This document shows positions 21,920 to 32,781 of a DNA stretch of 64,000 nucleotides, one piece after another. Origin of the DNA: an uncultured Desulfurococcaceae archaeon (lineage in GTDB: Archaea; Thermoproteota; Thermoprotei_A; Sulfolobales; NBVN01). The translations under genes and the position numbers were made by a program. The notes under the pieces are model-generated. The model made no database searches. It had not been told where the DNA came from and saw only the letters and a list, made by a program, of their open reading frames with translations. Location: positions 82,159 to 146,158 of the forward strand of contig CAZZLT010000046.1 in assembly GCA_964655125.1 (NCBI GenBank), given 5' to 3'. Numbering within the stretch: the stretch's first letter is position 1; each line of letters opens with the position of its first letter.

Positions 21920-23033
21920 GTATTTAACAGGTAATTACGCTGTAGCTGAGGGAGCTATAACTGCTGGGTTGAGATTCTATGCTGGGTATCCTATAACCCC
22001 ATCATCTGAGATTTTTGAGTACTTAGCTAAGGAGTTACCTAAGGTAGGAGGTATTGTAGTACAGTTTGAGGATGAGATAGCATCTATAAATGCTGTTATA
22101 GGTGCTTCATGGGCTGGTGCTAAAGCTATGACAGCTACGAGTGGTCCTGGTTTTAGTTTAATGATTGAGGGGTTAGGCCTAGCCATCATGACTGAAACAC
22201 CTCTAGTTATAGCTTATGTCATGCGTGCAGGGCCTTCAACAGGTATCGCTACTAAGTCAGGTCAATATGATGTTATGCAGGTTAGATGGGGTGCTCACGG
22301 TAATTACGAAATTGTTGTGTATACTCCTTGGTCTGTTCAGGAAGCTTACGACCTAACTATTAAGTCATTTAACGTATCTGAACTTCTTAGACTTCCTGTA
22401 ATACTACTCTCAGATGCTACCTTAGCTCATTTATGGGAGAGAGTAGTTATGAGGGGTCCTGAGGAGGTAGTTATTATGAACAGGAAGAAACCTAAAGTAC
22501 CTAGGGATAGGTACAGACCTTACGAACCAGATGAGGACTTAGTACCTCCTATGGCATGTTTTGGTGAAGGGTATAGAGTATTAGTTGAGTCTTTAACTCA
22601 TGATGAGAGAGGCTACTATAAAACAACTAATGAGGTACAGAGGAAGCTTGTATGGAGATTAGTTAATAAAGTAAGAAAGAATAAACACTTAGTAGTTGAT
22701 TCAGCATCATACTTCATAGATGATGCGGAGTACGTCGTAGTAGCTTATGGAAGTACTGCTAGGTCGGCATACGCGTTAGTTAAGGAGTTAAGGAGTAAAG
22801 GTGTTAAGATAGGTCTCTTCAGACCTAAATCCCTATGGCCTATAGATGATGATGCCCTCATTAGAGCTTGTAGTAAGGCTAAGAAGGTCTTCGTTGTCGA
22901 GAATAACGTAGGTGTTTACGTAAATGAGGTATGTAGGTTTTTAAAGGATAAAGAAGTGATATCAATACCTGTAATAGATTTAGATATACCATCACCTGAG
23001 GATATACTTGACGTTATGAGGGAATGGTTATGA
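21900..23033 (+). CDS. 2-oxoacid:ferredoxin oxidoreductase alpha subunit
   Basis: N-terminal GNYAVAEGAI..AG..FYAGYPITPSSEI pattern; 377 aa. The delta-alpha-beta-gamma order resembles KOR-type clusters. Substrate cannot be determined. Confidence 0.9.
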   Translation: MRVMRVEYLTGNYAVAEGAITAGLRFYAGYPITPSSEIFEYLAKELPKVGGIVVQFEDEIASINAVIGASWAGAKAMTATSGPGFSLMIEGLGLAIMTETPLVIAYVMRAGPSTGIATKSGQYDVMQVRWGAHGNYEIVVYTPWSVQEAYDLTIKSFNVSELLRLPVILLSDATLAHLWERVVMRGPEEVVIMNRKKPKVPRDRYRPYEPDEDLVPPMACFGEGYRVLVESLTHDERGYYKTTNEVQRKLVWRLVNKVRKNKHLVVDSASYFIDDAEYVVVAYGSTARSAYALVKELRSKGVKIGLFRPKSLWPIDDDALIRACSKAKKVFVVENNVGVYVNEVCRFLKDKEVISIPVIDLDIPSPEDILDVMREWL

Positions 23034-23848
23034 GTCACCCATTAGATCGTTACTTAAGAACTGATAGACTACCGCATGTATGGTGTCCAGGCTGTGGTAT
23101 AGGTATAGCTGTCTCAGCCATGCTTAGAGCTATAGATAAACATATAAGTGAAGGTCATTTCAGTCACGATGATGTCGCAGTAGTTTCAGGGATAGGGTGT
23201 ACTGCTAGAGCTACATTATACTTAAACTTCGATAGTGCTCATGTAATACATGGTAGAGCTATACCATTCGCTATTGGTTTGAAGTTAGTAAAGCCGAACT
23301 TAAAGGTGATAGTCGTTAGTGGTGATGGTGATATAGCTGCTATAGGAGGTAACCACCTACTCCATGCAGCTCGGAGGAATTTTGACTTAACAGTTATAAT
23401 GATTAATAACATGATTTACGGTATGACTGGAGGTCAAGTATCTCCAACAACACCACCCACTATATACACAACTACAACACCTCATGGTAACTATGAATAC
23501 CCTATAAATATTATTAAGTTACTTTCAGCATTGAATGCTAGTTACGTAGCTAGAGCTTCGGTAACCCACCCACATCTGATAGAGAAGTACGTATATAAGG
23601 CTTTAAGTATTGAGGGATTAGCCTTTATAGAGATAGTATCTACATGCCCTGAAGTCTTCGGTAGACATCTAGGTTTTAAGAGTGCTGTCGAGTTCTTCAA
23701 TAAGCTTAAAGAGATGGTTAGATTCTATGAGAAACCACCTATTGAGAAATCTGATATTGTATGGGGTAATGAGGTAATTATTGGTGAATACATCATAAAT
23801 GATAGGGAGGGATTCGTGAGGAGTATATATAAGACTTTAAGTAAGTAG
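23024..23848 (+). CDS. 2-oxoacid:ferredoxin oxidoreductase beta (TPP-binding) subunit
   Basis: WCPGCGIG and the TPP motif SGDGD...GGNH. Confidence 0.9.
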   Translation: MVMSHPLDRYLRTDRLPHVWCPGCGIGIAVSAMLRAIDKHISEGHFSHDDVAVVSGIGCTARATLYLNFDSAHVIHGRAIPFAIGLKLVKPNLKVIVVSGDGDIAAIGGNHLLHAARRNFDLTVIMINNMIYGMTGGQVSPTTPPTIYTTTTPHGNYEYPINIIKLLSALNASYVARASVTHPHLIEKYVYKALSIEGLAFIEIVSTCPEVFGRHLGFKSAVEFFNKLKEMVRFYEKPPIEKSDIVWGNEVIIGEYIINDREGFVRSIYKTLSK

Positions 23849-23865
23849 TATGAGGAGTGCGTTGA

Positions 23866-24414
23866 ATGAGGTATGAACTCTTAATAGTTGGTCGTGGTGG
23901 TCAGGGAGTCTTACTACTAGGTAAGATTCTAGGGTTAGCTGCTGCTAAGTACTGTAACTTATATGTAACTAGTTGTGAATCCTACGCAGCTGAGACTAGA
24001 GGTGGTGACTCAAGAGCTGACTTAATAATAGCGTCGTCAGAGGATGAATTAGATTATATTAAGGTTAGAGGAGCTGATATAGCGTTATTCCTACACCCAG
24101 ACCTACTAACTAAATTCTCTAACCTACTAAAAGATAGTTCTAAAGTATTTATCGATAGTTCATTCCCTATACAGTCTTTAGGGATACGTAATGTTGAGGT
24201 TATTAAAGCTCCTTATACTAAGCTTGCTGAGAAGGAATTCAGGAATGTGAGGGTTGCTAATATGGTAGCTCTAGGACATTTGATAGGTATACTAAAAATA
24301 CTAACTCAGGAATCTATTGAGAAAGCTATAGATGATTTAGTCAGTAGTGAATGGAGGGATTTGAATAAGAAAGCTTTTAAATTAGGAATTAGAATTGCTA
24401 GTGGTGAACTCTAA
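23866..24414 (+). CDS. 2-oxoacid:ferredoxin oxidoreductase gamma subunit
   Basis: GRGGQGVLLLGKILG motif; 182 aa. Confidence 0.88.
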   Translation: MRYELLIVGRGGQGVLLLGKILGLAAAKYCNLYVTSCESYAAETRGGDSRADLIIASSEDELDYIKVRGADIALFLHPDLLTKFSNLLKDSSKVFIDSSFPIQSLGIRNVEVIKAPYTKLAEKEFRNVRVANMVALGHLIGILKILTQESIEKAIDDLVSSEWRDLNKKAFKLGIRIASGEL

Positions 24415-24479
24415 CATCATAAAACTTAAAAGTTTTAGTAAAACACCTTACTCTAGGTTACGTAGGTATAGGTGAGTTA

Positions 24480-25469
24480 ATGTCAACATCCATCACTATA
24501 TACACAAATAAAAATATAGATGCTGTATTCGCTGCAGCAGCGTTAGCTACAACACTCTCTAGAAGGAATTACAGGGTGTTTATAGAATTTCCAAGCAACC
24601 CTAATTCAGAGAAGTTAAATATCATCAATTCATACGTTATAGACTTAACACATACGAACAACATCGTTATTAGGAATTCAGTAGCTATGATTCACATACC
24701 TACGAAGAAGTTAGGATTAATATATAGGTATGATAACGATGGAAGATATAACATATCGATGAAGTTAAGTAATATTAACTCAACTTTAGAAGTAGCTTTA
24801 GAGTACGTTAAAACACTTAATGATAATATTAGAGTTCCTCAAGAACTACTAAGGGATTTAGCATGTATAAAGTCTAAAGAGATTTCTAAATTAACACGTC
24901 TAGGGAGGACTATCTACTACGCGTATAGATGGGGTGCTGGTAAAGATGATACATTATTCTCAATATATAACTACGCCTACAACCTCTTCACGTCTAAGAT
25001 TACTAAAATCAGTAGTGATTTAGAAAGAGATGCTAAGAACTACGAATATGCTTTATCTCTAATTAATAAAGTTATTAATGAGGAGAAATATACGGTATTC
25101 GAAGATATAGCTACTATAGTACTCTCAAGTAGTTATATAGAGGATGAGTTCATTAAGAATAATTTACAGTATTTAAAGGTAGTAGCTAATGAATTACTTA
25201 ATAACTTATGTAGAAAACATAAAATGGCATTACTTGTTAATGAGAATACTAATGGACATGAAATAAGGTTATGCATTAATAAGAATCTTAATTTAGATCC
25301 TGATAAGATAGTTAACAACATACCGGACTTACTAAATCTAGTTAATTACTTAAGATATAAGACATACATCACAATAACATTTAAGAACCCTGAAGCATCA
25401 ACGTTAGATAACGCTATGAAGTTATGTCAGATGATAATATCCAACAGTATACAACTTATTAAGAGTTAA
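24480..25469 (+). CDS. Hypothetical protein; possibly a catalytically degenerate DHH/RecJ-like fold
   Basis: 329 aa, N/K/I-rich. The N-terminus ITIYTNKNIDAVFAAAALATTL mimics DHH motif I, but the DHH and GGGH motifs are absent or degenerate (TNGHE). Confidence 0.5.
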   Translation: MSTSITIYTNKNIDAVFAAAALATTLSRRNYRVFIEFPSNPNSEKLNIINSYVIDLTHTNNIVIRNSVAMIHIPTKKLGLIYRYDNDGRYNISMKLSNINSTLEVALEYVKTLNDNIRVPQELLRDLACIKSKEISKLTRLGRTIYYAYRWGAGKDDTLFSIYNYAYNLFTSKITKISSDLERDAKNYEYALSLINKVINEEKYTVFEDIATIVLSSSYIEDEFIKNNLQYLKVVANELLNNLCRKHKMALLVNENTNGHEIRLCINKNLNLDPDKIVNNIPDLLNLVNYLRYKTYITITFKNPEASTLDNAMKLCQMIISNSIQLIKS

Positions 25470-25568
25470 TCTTCCTAAAACAACTTTATATGTTAAAATC
25501 TGTAGGGACTACCCACATATTACCATCAATTTAAACCCTCATACTGAAATATCTATATGGTGTAGATA

Positions 25569-26009
25569 ATGGCTTATATGGTCGATATATCTAAGAAGGA
25601 GAGTGTTTATAGGGAAGCAGTAGCTGAGGGTTTTATAAGGTTAAGGAAGGAGACTGTAGAACTCATTAAGAAAGGTGCTATTGAGAAAGGTGATGTAATT
25701 ACTGTATCTAAGGTTGCTGGAGTATTAGCAGCTAAGAAGGTCTCTGAACTATTACCTCTCTGTCATACAATCCCATTAACTTACGTAGATATAGATTTAA
25801 GCTTATTAGATGATGGTATAAAAGTAACTACCGTTGTTAGAACTAATGCTCAAACAGGTGTTGAGATGGAAGCACTAACAGCTACTTCCATAGCCTTACT
25901 AAATATTTGGGATATGGTTAAAAAGTATGAAAAAGATGAGAAGGGACAGTATCCAGAAACCATAATAACTAACATAAGGGTTGTACATAAATATAAATCA
26001 ACAACCTAA
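25569..26009 (+). CDS. moaC: Cyclic pyranopterin monophosphate synthase MoaC
   Basis: MVDISKK..., KGDVI..., LPLCHTIPL pattern; 146 aa. Confidence 0.92.
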   Translation: MAYMVDISKKESVYREAVAEGFIRLRKETVELIKKGAIEKGDVITVSKVAGVLAAKKVSELLPLCHTIPLTYVDIDLSLLDDGIKVTTVVRTNAQTGVEMEALTATSIALLNIWDMVKKYEKDEKGQYPETIITNIRVVHKYKSTT

Positions 26010-26069
26010 CATTAAAGTAATCTCATACTATAATCATGAATTTATATATTTCATAAGTTTTTAATGTTG

Positions 26070-26831
26070 TCATACTGTAAATTCTGATAACTCCTCTATT
26101 AGTACTTTGAGGGTATGTGGAGGGATTAGCAGTACTATACCTAAGTTCTTTACAGAGAACATCGACCTAACCCATACCACCTTACCACCACTGCTTAAGT
26201 AACTCCCAATAAATGATTTAATGAAATCTTTGAAATCCTCAACATCAACTACATATTTATAACTAGCGAAGAACATCGTAAGTATTAAATCCCAACCGAA
26301 GAGTACTTCATTAGAAGTTACTATAGCTTGCTCAGCATCTATAACCCAAATTCCTTGATTATTTATTATAAAATTAGATGGTTTAACATCACCTAAAACA
26401 TAACCTCTTGAATGTATTTCTGCTAACGCCTTACTAAATAACTCACATGATTCTCTATCATATGATAACTTCCTACCATCAATATACTCTCTCATTATTA
26501 TTAAGTTCTTTTCATCAATTTCATAAAGTCTTGGAACTTTATAGTACTTACCATCACCTAAATTGAAAAAGTTTAACTCCCTTCTAAACCTCTCTGAGGG
26601 GTTTAGTGTGAAGGGGTAGGAGGCTTTATAGAATATAGATGGTGGTAACCACTTAAGAATACCTACTTCACTTAAGAACTTCTTCTTAACTACTTTCAAT
26701 CCGTTAATTTCTAATACATCTATCTGACCTAAAAGTACATCTAAGTCTACTGTCTGACCATGAGTAAACCTCCTCAAATACTTTAAAACCTCATTCAGTA
26801 ACTCCCTGAACTCACCACCTACCATAATCAC
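26070..26831 (-). CDS. Atypical (RIO/Bud32-like) protein kinase-fold protein
   Basis: Catalytic-loop-like LGDVKPSNFII followed by VIDAEQA. Confidence 0.55.
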   Translation of the reverse strand: MIMVGGEFRELLNEVLKYLRRFTHGQTVDLDVLLGQIDVLEINGLKVVKKKFLSEVGILKWLPPSIFYKASYPFTLNPSERFRRELNFFNLGDGKYYKVPRLYEIDEKNLIIMREYIDGRKLSYDRESCELFSKALAEIHSRGYVLGDVKPSNFIINNQGIWVIDAEQAIVTSNEVLFGWDLILTMFFASYKYVVDVEDFKDFIKSFIGSYLSSGGKVVWVRSMFSVKNLGIVLLIPPHTLKVLIEELSEFTV

Positions 26832-26929
26832 TCAACTTATATCCTAAGATCTAATTCAATCAGACATAAATAGTCTAATCAAAATAAGCTTATAATTCCT
26901 ACAGTGTAGATGTTATAAGGTTAGCAGTA

Positions 26930-29143
26930 ATGGTTAAGTACAAGTCTGTAGAATATATTCAGAAGTTAATGTCTGATTTAGAGAGGGTTAGGAATATAGG
27001 TATTATAGCACATGTTGATCATGGAAAAACAACAACTACAGACTCACTACTAGCTGCTGCTGGGATAATTTCAAGTAAGGTTGCTGGTGAGGCATTAGCT
27101 ATGGATTACTTAGATGTTGAGCAACGGAGGCAGATGACTGTAAAAGCTGCAAACATAAGCTTATATCACGAATACGGTGGTAAGGCTTACGTAATTAACC
27201 TCATAGATACTCCAGGACATGTAGACTTCACAGGTAAGGTAACTAGGTCGCTTAGAGTACTGGATGGTGCTATTGTTGTGGTTGATGCTGTTGAAGGTGT
27301 TATGACTCAGACTGAGACAGTATTACGTCAAGCACTTGAGGAGAGGGTTAGACCCTTACTATTCATTAATAAAGTTGATAGATTGATTAAGGAGTTAAGA
27401 CTCCAACCTCAAGAAATCCAACAAAGGTTTATTGAGATAATCAAAGATGTTAACATATTAATTCAGGAATATGCTGACCCAGAATTCAGGGATAAGTGGA
27501 TTTTAGACCCAGCTAAAGGTATGGTTGCCTTCGGATCTGCTAAGGATAAGATCGGTTTGACAGTTCCTGCAGCACAGAAGAAAGGTATTAAGGTATTAGA
27601 TGTTATTGAAGCTTATAGGAAGGGTAGGGAAGCTGTTGAAGAACTACAGAAGATTATACCACTACATGAGAGCTTATTAGATATGGTCGTTAAGTTCATA
27701 CCTAACCCTATTGAAGCCCAATCATATAGGATTCCTAAGATATGGAAAGGAGATATAGACTCTGAAGTAGGGAGAGCTATGTTGAAGGCTGACTCTAACG
27801 GCCCAATAGTCTACTTAATTAATGATATGAGGGTAGACCCCCACGCAGGTTTAGTAGCTACTGGTAGGGTGTTATCAGGTACTTTAAAACCTGGTGTTGA
27901 GGTCTGGTTAATTAATGCTAGGACATCACAGAGAATACTTCAGGTAGGTCTTTACATGGGTCCTTATAGAGAAGTTGTTAACTTCGTAACAGCCGGTAAT
28001 ATCGCTGCTGTCTTAGGTCTTGATAGTGCTAGAGCTGGTGAGACTGCAGTATCTATGGATGTTAAAGACGTGGTAGTACCTTTTGAAAGACTCCACTATA
28101 TTTCAGAACCTGTAGTTACTATGGCTATAGAACCTAAGAAGACTACAGATCTTATGAAGTTAGTTGATGCTTTAAGGAAGATGAGTATAGAAGACCCTAA
28201 CTTAGTTGTTAAGATCAATGAAGAAACTGGAGAGTACTTAATTTCAGGTATGGGTCACCTACACCTAGAGATAGTATTAACACTACTTAAGGAGGCTTAC
28301 GGCTTAGAGGTTGAGACCTCACCACCTACAGTAGTTTATAGGGAAAGCATAAGAACTTCCTCACAAGTTATTGAGGGTAAATCACCTAATAAACATAATA
28401 GACTATATGTTAGTGTAGAACCTCTTAATGAGGAGACTATAAAGTTAATCCAGCAAGGTATTATTGTAGAGGACATGGATGCTAGGGAAAGAGCTAAGAT
28501 ATTAAGAGATAAGGCAGGATGGGATTATGATGAGGCTAGGAGGATTTGGGCTATAGATGAGAACATTAATATATTCGTAGATAAGACTTCAGGTGTTCAG
28601 TACTTAAGAGAAGTTAAGGATACTATAATACAAGGTTTTAGACTTGCTATGAGGGAAGGTCCCTTAGCTATGGAACCAGTAAGAGGTGTTAAGGTAATAC
28701 TCCATGATGCGTTAATTCATGAAGACCCTGCACATAGAGGACCTGCACAATTATACCCAGCTATTAGAAACCCAATATATGCTGGTATGCTGCTCTCCAG
28801 ACCAACATTACTAGAACCTATCCAGAAGATAGATATTAGAACTCCTTCAGACTTTATGAGCGGTATTATATCAGTTTTAAGTAAGAGGAGGGGTAAGATA
28901 CTCAACGTTATTCAACTAAGCGGTAATTTAGTTAGGATAGTTGGTGAGATACCTGTTAGTGAGTCTGTTGACTTAGCGAACGAGTTAAGAGGAGTTACAG
29001 CTGGTAGGGCTTTCTGGGGGACAGAATTCAGTAGGTGGTCACCAGTACCTGACTCAATACTCTTAGATATTGTGAGGAGGATAAGGGAGAGGAAAGGTCT
29101 TAAGCCAGAACCTCCTAAACCTGAAGACTTCATGCCTATATAA
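26930..29143 (+). CDS. fusA: Translation elongation factor 2 (aEF-2)
   Basis: G1 [18 protein letters not shown], and the diphthamide-site context [11 protein letters not shown]; 737 aa. Confidence 0.96.
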   Translation: MVKYKSVEYIQKLMSDLERVRNIGIIAHVDHGKTTTTDSLLAAAGIISSKVAGEALAMDYLDVEQRRQMTVKAANISLYHEYGGKAYVINLIDTPGHVDFTGKVTRSLRVLDGAIVVVDAVEGVMTQTETVLRQALEERVRPLLFINKVDRLIKELRLQPQEIQQRFIEIIKDVNILIQEYADPEFRDKWILDPAKGMVAFGSAKDKIGLTVPAAQKKGIKVLDVIEAYRKGREAVEELQKIIPLHESLLDMVVKFIPNPIEAQSYRIPKIWKGDIDSEVGRAMLKADSNGPIVYLINDMRVDPHAGLVATGRVLSGTLKPGVEVWLINARTSQRILQVGLYMGPYREVVNFVTAGNIAAVLGLDSARAGETAVSMDVKDVVVPFERLHYISEPVVTMAIEPKKTTDLMKLVDALRKMSIEDPNLVVKINEETGEYLISGMGHLHLEIVLTLLKEAYGLEVETSPPTVVYRESIRTSSQVIEGKSPNKHNRLYVSVEPLNEETIKLIQQGIIVEDMDARERAKILRDKAGWDYDEARRIWAIDENINIFVDKTSGVQYLREVKDTIIQGFRLAMREGPLAMEPVRGVKVILHDALIHEDPAHRGPAQLYPAIRNPIYAGMLLSRPTLLEPIQKIDIRTPSDFMSGIISVLSKRRGKILNVIQLSGNLVRIVGEIPVSESVDLANELRGVTAGRAFWGTEFSRWSPVPDSILLDIVRRIRERKGLKPEPPKPEDFMPI

Positions 29144-29149
29144 CCATCG

Positions 29150-30022
29150 CTATGGTAATCTATACAGTAACTCATTAATTAACATCTTAACATATTTAAC
29201 ACCTACACGTGTTAGGATCTCCTCTCCTAAGTCGTGGATTAAGGAGTTAAATGCATGGGTTTTAGACCTACTATTACAGTACTTCCCAATAAGCCATAAT
29301 ACAGTATCTATATGTAGAGGAGGTATAGAACTTTTTAGACTTACTGTATTCCAAGCATCTCTTAAGATATTTAAGTTCTGCTTATTCTTAACAATTTTAT
29401 CGTAAGGTATGTATGCATCTGAAGCATGATTTAATCCTTCAATCTCTATGAGTCCTGAAGTATAGGAAATCTTAACCACCCTCCTATCAATAGGTATTGG
29501 AATATCAAAAGGTAGTAGAGTATCTACCCCTAAACTCTTAACCCCGTAATAGATCATCTTAATACTAAAGACTATAGTTTTATCATTGATACCGGCTCCT
29601 AAACATTTAGACACCCTATTACGTATTAAGTTAACATTACCTCCAGGTATGAGGTCGTAGATATCCATACATAATCTTAACTTATTCAAACGTTTCTCCT
29701 TCCCACTAACAGCGAATTTATGTAGCTTCTTAAGCCCTTTAATAACTACTTCTAATACTTCATCATAGTTTGAGGGACACGCATCACTAACTAACTCAGC
29801 AAATCTCATCCAGTAAGTCTCACCATCCATACTGAGCTGATATGTTATTAACGCATTCGTAAATAGTATATGAGGTGTTAACGAACCACATCTATAACTA
29901 ATTAATTTAGCAGCTCTTAACTGAGGGTCGAAGTCCTCGAAGGCTTTAGCTTTATTAAGACCTAATTCTGAGAATATATCAGATATACTTTTAAGTCTAC
30001 CATTAACTACCTTTATAAACAT
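29150..30022 (-). CDS. Archaeal 8-oxoguanine DNA glycosylase (AGOG family N-glycosylase/DNA lyase)
   Basis: Matches remembered Pyrobaculum AGOG blocks: NALITYQL, KTIVFSIKM, LPFDIPIPIDRRV, IPPLHIDTVLWL. Confidence 0.8.
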   Translation of the reverse strand: MFIKVVNGRLKSISDIFSELGLNKAKAFEDFDPQLRAAKLISYRCGSLTPHILFTNALITYQLSMDGETYWMRFAELVSDACPSNYDEVLEVVIKGLKKLHKFAVSGKEKRLNKLRLCMDIYDLIPGGNVNLIRNRVSKCLGAGINDKTIVFSIKMIYYGVKSLGVDTLLPFDIPIPIDRRVVKISYTSGLIEIEGLNHASDAYIPYDKIVKNKQNLNILRDAWNTVSLKSSIPPLHIDTVLWLIGKYCNSRSKTHAFNSLIHDLGEEILTRVGVKYVKMLINELLYRLP

Positions 30023-30051
30023 CCTAAACCCTAACTACGTATAATCAATAA

Positions 30052-30393
30052 TCAATCCTTCCTACGAGACCTCACAACCTCTGAGATTATATCTGGGGAT
30101 TCTAACTCCTCAATCCTCTCCTCAAGTTCTGAAACCTTACCTATTAAGTTTTCAATAAGTTTAGATATTTGTGTTAATCTACCCTCAATATAGACTATCT
30201 TAGAACTTAGTAAGTCTTTCGAACTATTAACATCTGTACTATTAATATTGAACTCCTTCCTTAAACCCATCACTATGTACATCTTTATCAAGTCTGTTAT
30301 CTGGATCCCTAACTCTTCAGCCCTACTCCTTAACTCTCTGTAAAGATTCTCAGGTACTGATAGATGTACTGTCGGTATATATATCACTCTCAA
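30052..30393 (-). CDS. Ribbon-helix-helix protein with C-terminal coiled coil
   Basis: VHLSVPENLYRELRSRAEELGIQITDLIKMYI (beta-alpha-alpha), followed by heptad-like LIENLIGKVSELEERIEELE. Confidence 0.5.
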   Translation of the reverse strand: MRVIYIPTVHLSVPENLYRELRSRAEELGIQITDLIKMYIVMGLRKEFNINSTDVNSSKDLLSSKIVYIEGRLTQISKLIENLIGKVSELEERIEELESPDIISEVVRSRRKD

Positions 30394-30522
30394 GAAATCT
30401 CTTGAAATCGGAGTATATAAATTTGCCTCTAATATATACTAATATTAAATGAAGAATACATTTAGGACTATACTAGTCGGTTATATTAATGAGTTAATAA
30501 GGATTTATCTTAGGTGTAAGGT

Positions 30523-30699
30523 GTGCGTATAATAACTTTTAAAGTTGATGAGGTATTACTTGAGGAAGTAGATAGGATTGCTAAGGTGTTTAAGAAGAGT
30601 AGGTCTGAAATTATAAGGAATGCACTACATACTTATCTAAAGTATTTAAAATCTGTAAAGAAAGATAATGTTAATATTAAAGAAATTACATTAACTTAA
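30523..30699 (+). CDS. Small CopG/RHH-family DNA-binding protein (58 aa, below track threshold)
   Basis: My translation from GTG 30523 reads (M)RIITFKVDEVLLEEVDRIAKVFKKSRSEIIRNALHTYLKYLKSVKKDNVNIKEITLT. AGGTG lies 7 nt upstream. Confidence 0.55.
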   Translation: MRIITFKVDEVLLEEVDRIAKVFKKSRSEIIRNALHTYLKYLKSVKKDNVNIKEITLT

Positions 30700-31339
30700 A
30701 AACTACTACAACGTTCTCAGGTATATCCATCACACTAACACTCCATGTATTACTCTCTAAGTTTATGATCTTACGTGTAGTTACTAACTTAAGGAATTCT
30801 GATAATGGTAGTAAGGGTAGATTAATACCTTCAACCCAGTAATGCATTGGGATGATAACTTTAGGTGATAACTTATCAGAAAGCTGTAAAGCTTCTTTAG
30901 CATCTATAGTGAATGTACCTCCAACAGGTGTCATTAGTATATCAACAGGTATTAAATTTTTTAACTCATCATCTGACGGTATATATCCTAGATCACCTAG
31001 ATGGACTATCCTCACCCCCTCCACATTAACTTTATATATTACTACCTCACCCCTCCTCTTACCCCTAACCTTATCATGATAGGACTTCAACCCGAGGACT
31101 TCATGTTCGAACACCATGAACTTACCAGTCTTCATACTGTAGACTACACCATCACTTCTTAAAATCCCTTGATATGCGTTATGATCGAAGTGTTCATGAG
31201 TTATCAGTACTGCATGTGCTTGAGTCTTAGGAGGTTTAATACCTATACTCCTACCATCATGCGGGTCTATAACTATTGACCTACCCTTAGAATCTATAAT
31301 CTCAAAACATGCATGACCATACCATTTAATGATTACCAA
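30686..31339 (-). CDS. UPF0173-type metallo-beta-lactamase fold hydrolase
   Basis: IKWYGHACF start and ITHEHFDHN motif; 217 aa. Confidence 0.8.
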   Translation of the reverse strand: MVIIKWYGHACFEIIDSKGRSIVIDPHDGRSIGIKPPKTQAHAVLITHEHFDHNAYQGILRSDGVVYSMKTGKFMVFEHEVLGLKSYHDKVRGKRRGEVVIYKVNVEGVRIVHLGDLGYIPSDDELKNLIPVDILMTPVGGTFTIDAKEALQLSDKLSPKVIIPMHYWVEGINLPLLPLSEFLKLVTTRKIINLESNTWSVSVMDIPENVVVVFKLM

Positions 31340-31410
31340 GACACCACCTAATAATCCTATTACGAGACTAAGTTAATAAATACATTACACATTAATATTT
31401 TGGTGGAGTC

Positions 31411-31656
31411 ATGAGTGATGTAAGGGGGAATGAAGTAGTAGCTTATATATTAGCTAGGATTAACTTAGGTAAAGAGTATGAGTTGCTAGAATATATTAAG
31501 AATTTACGGGGTGTTGATGAGGTTAGGATAGTTTACGGTGAATATGATATGGTTATTAAAGTTCGAGTGAATACTCTAGTAGAACTAGATAGGGTTGTCA
31601 CTCAGATAAGGAGATTAAATGGTGTCTTAACAACTACTACCTTAATAAGTAGTTGA
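31411..31656 (+). CDS. Stand-alone Lrp/AsnC ligand-binding (RAM) domain protein
   Basis: 81 aa with the VDEVRIVYGEYDMVIKV pattern and no HTH. Confidence 0.7.
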   Translation: MSDVRGNEVVAYILARINLGKEYELLEYIKNLRGVDEVRIVYGEYDMVIKVRVNTLVELDRVVTQIRRLNGVLTTTTLISS

Positions 31657-31704
31657 TGGTGGTATCAGCTAATCATAAATTATTTTTAATATTTTAAATA
31701 CATA

Positions 31705-32748
31705 CTAAGTCAACCTCCAATACCTACTTATGAACTTCTTAACATACTCTATTACCTCCCTACCTCGAGTATCTGTAGTCTCAACCTCATTAACGTATGG
31801 AGTCTCCCCAGCCAACGCAGCTATAGAGTTCGGTAATCCCTTAGAAAGTCCTTCAGAATAACCACCCTCTAAAACAGCTACTAACCTACCACTACAGTAC
31901 TTAACTGCTAACTCATATAGTTTCTTAAAGTAGTAATAGTACGTCATTGCAGTAACTCTTAAATCTGTTAGAGGGTCTGAGTAGTGAGTGTCGTAGCCTG
32001 CAGATACTAACACATACTCAGGTTTAAACTCATTAATTATAGGTTCTACAACTTCATTAAATACCTCCCTATACGTACTATCACTACTTCCGTGAGGTAA
32101 TGGTATGTTGACCTTAGTCCCTTCAGCATCCCCTGAACCTACCTCATACACACTACCAGTTCCTGGGTAGATACCCCTCTGATGAATATCTATATGTACT
32201 ACTCTAGGCTCACTCATGAATATCTCCTGAGTACCGTTACCGTGATGAGCATCAATATCAACTATTAAAACCTTCTTAAACCCTTCCTTCAATAAACGTT
32301 TAGCTAATACTGCAATATTATTGAAGATACAGAAACCTAATGTAGGTGCACCTAAAGCACTACCACTAATACCTGCGTGATGACCTGGAGGTCTAACTAA
32401 CGTAAATACTGGGACTCCGTAAGACTCTCTTAATTCATAACTCATAACTGAAGCTGTTAGAGCTAATGTAGCGACTTCATATGTGTAGGTGTTTACGTAT
32501 GTATCCCCATCAACATAGTTGAAACCCTTAGCTGAGAGTTCCTTTATATAGTCTACGTAAGCTCTATCATGGACTTCATAAGGTAGTTCATAGTCTATCC
32601 TATCCACAGAGACTAACTTAAACTTCTGTAGTATGTTATAGTTTTTCAAAGCATTTAACGCTGTAATTAACCTTGACGGAGATTCAGGATGTGAATACCC
32701 TTCACTATAATGTTTTAAGAACCTCTCATCATATACTATTACAACCAC
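31705..32748 (-). CDS. Histone deacetylase / acetoin-utilisation (AcuC) family deacetylase
   Basis: RPPGHHA and DIDAHHGNGTQ motifs. Confidence 0.88.
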   Translation of the reverse strand: MVVIVYDERFLKHYSEGYSHPESPSRLITALNALKNYNILQKFKLVSVDRIDYELPYEVHDRAYVDYIKELSAKGFNYVDGDTYVNTYTYEVATLALTASVMSYELRESYGVPVFTLVRPPGHHAGISGSALGAPTLGFCIFNNIAVLAKRLLKEGFKKVLIVDIDAHHGNGTQEIFMSEPRVVHIDIHQRGIYPGTGSVYEVGSGDAEGTKVNIPLPHGSSDSTYREVFNEVVEPIINEFKPEYVLVSAGYDTHYSDPLTDLRVTAMTYYYYFKKLYELAVKYCSGRLVAVLEGGYSEGLSKGLPNSIAALAGETPYVNEVETTDTRGREVIEYVKKFISRYWRLT

Positions 32749-32781
32749 GTGGAAACCCTAGATTAGAAATTCTTAGAGGTT

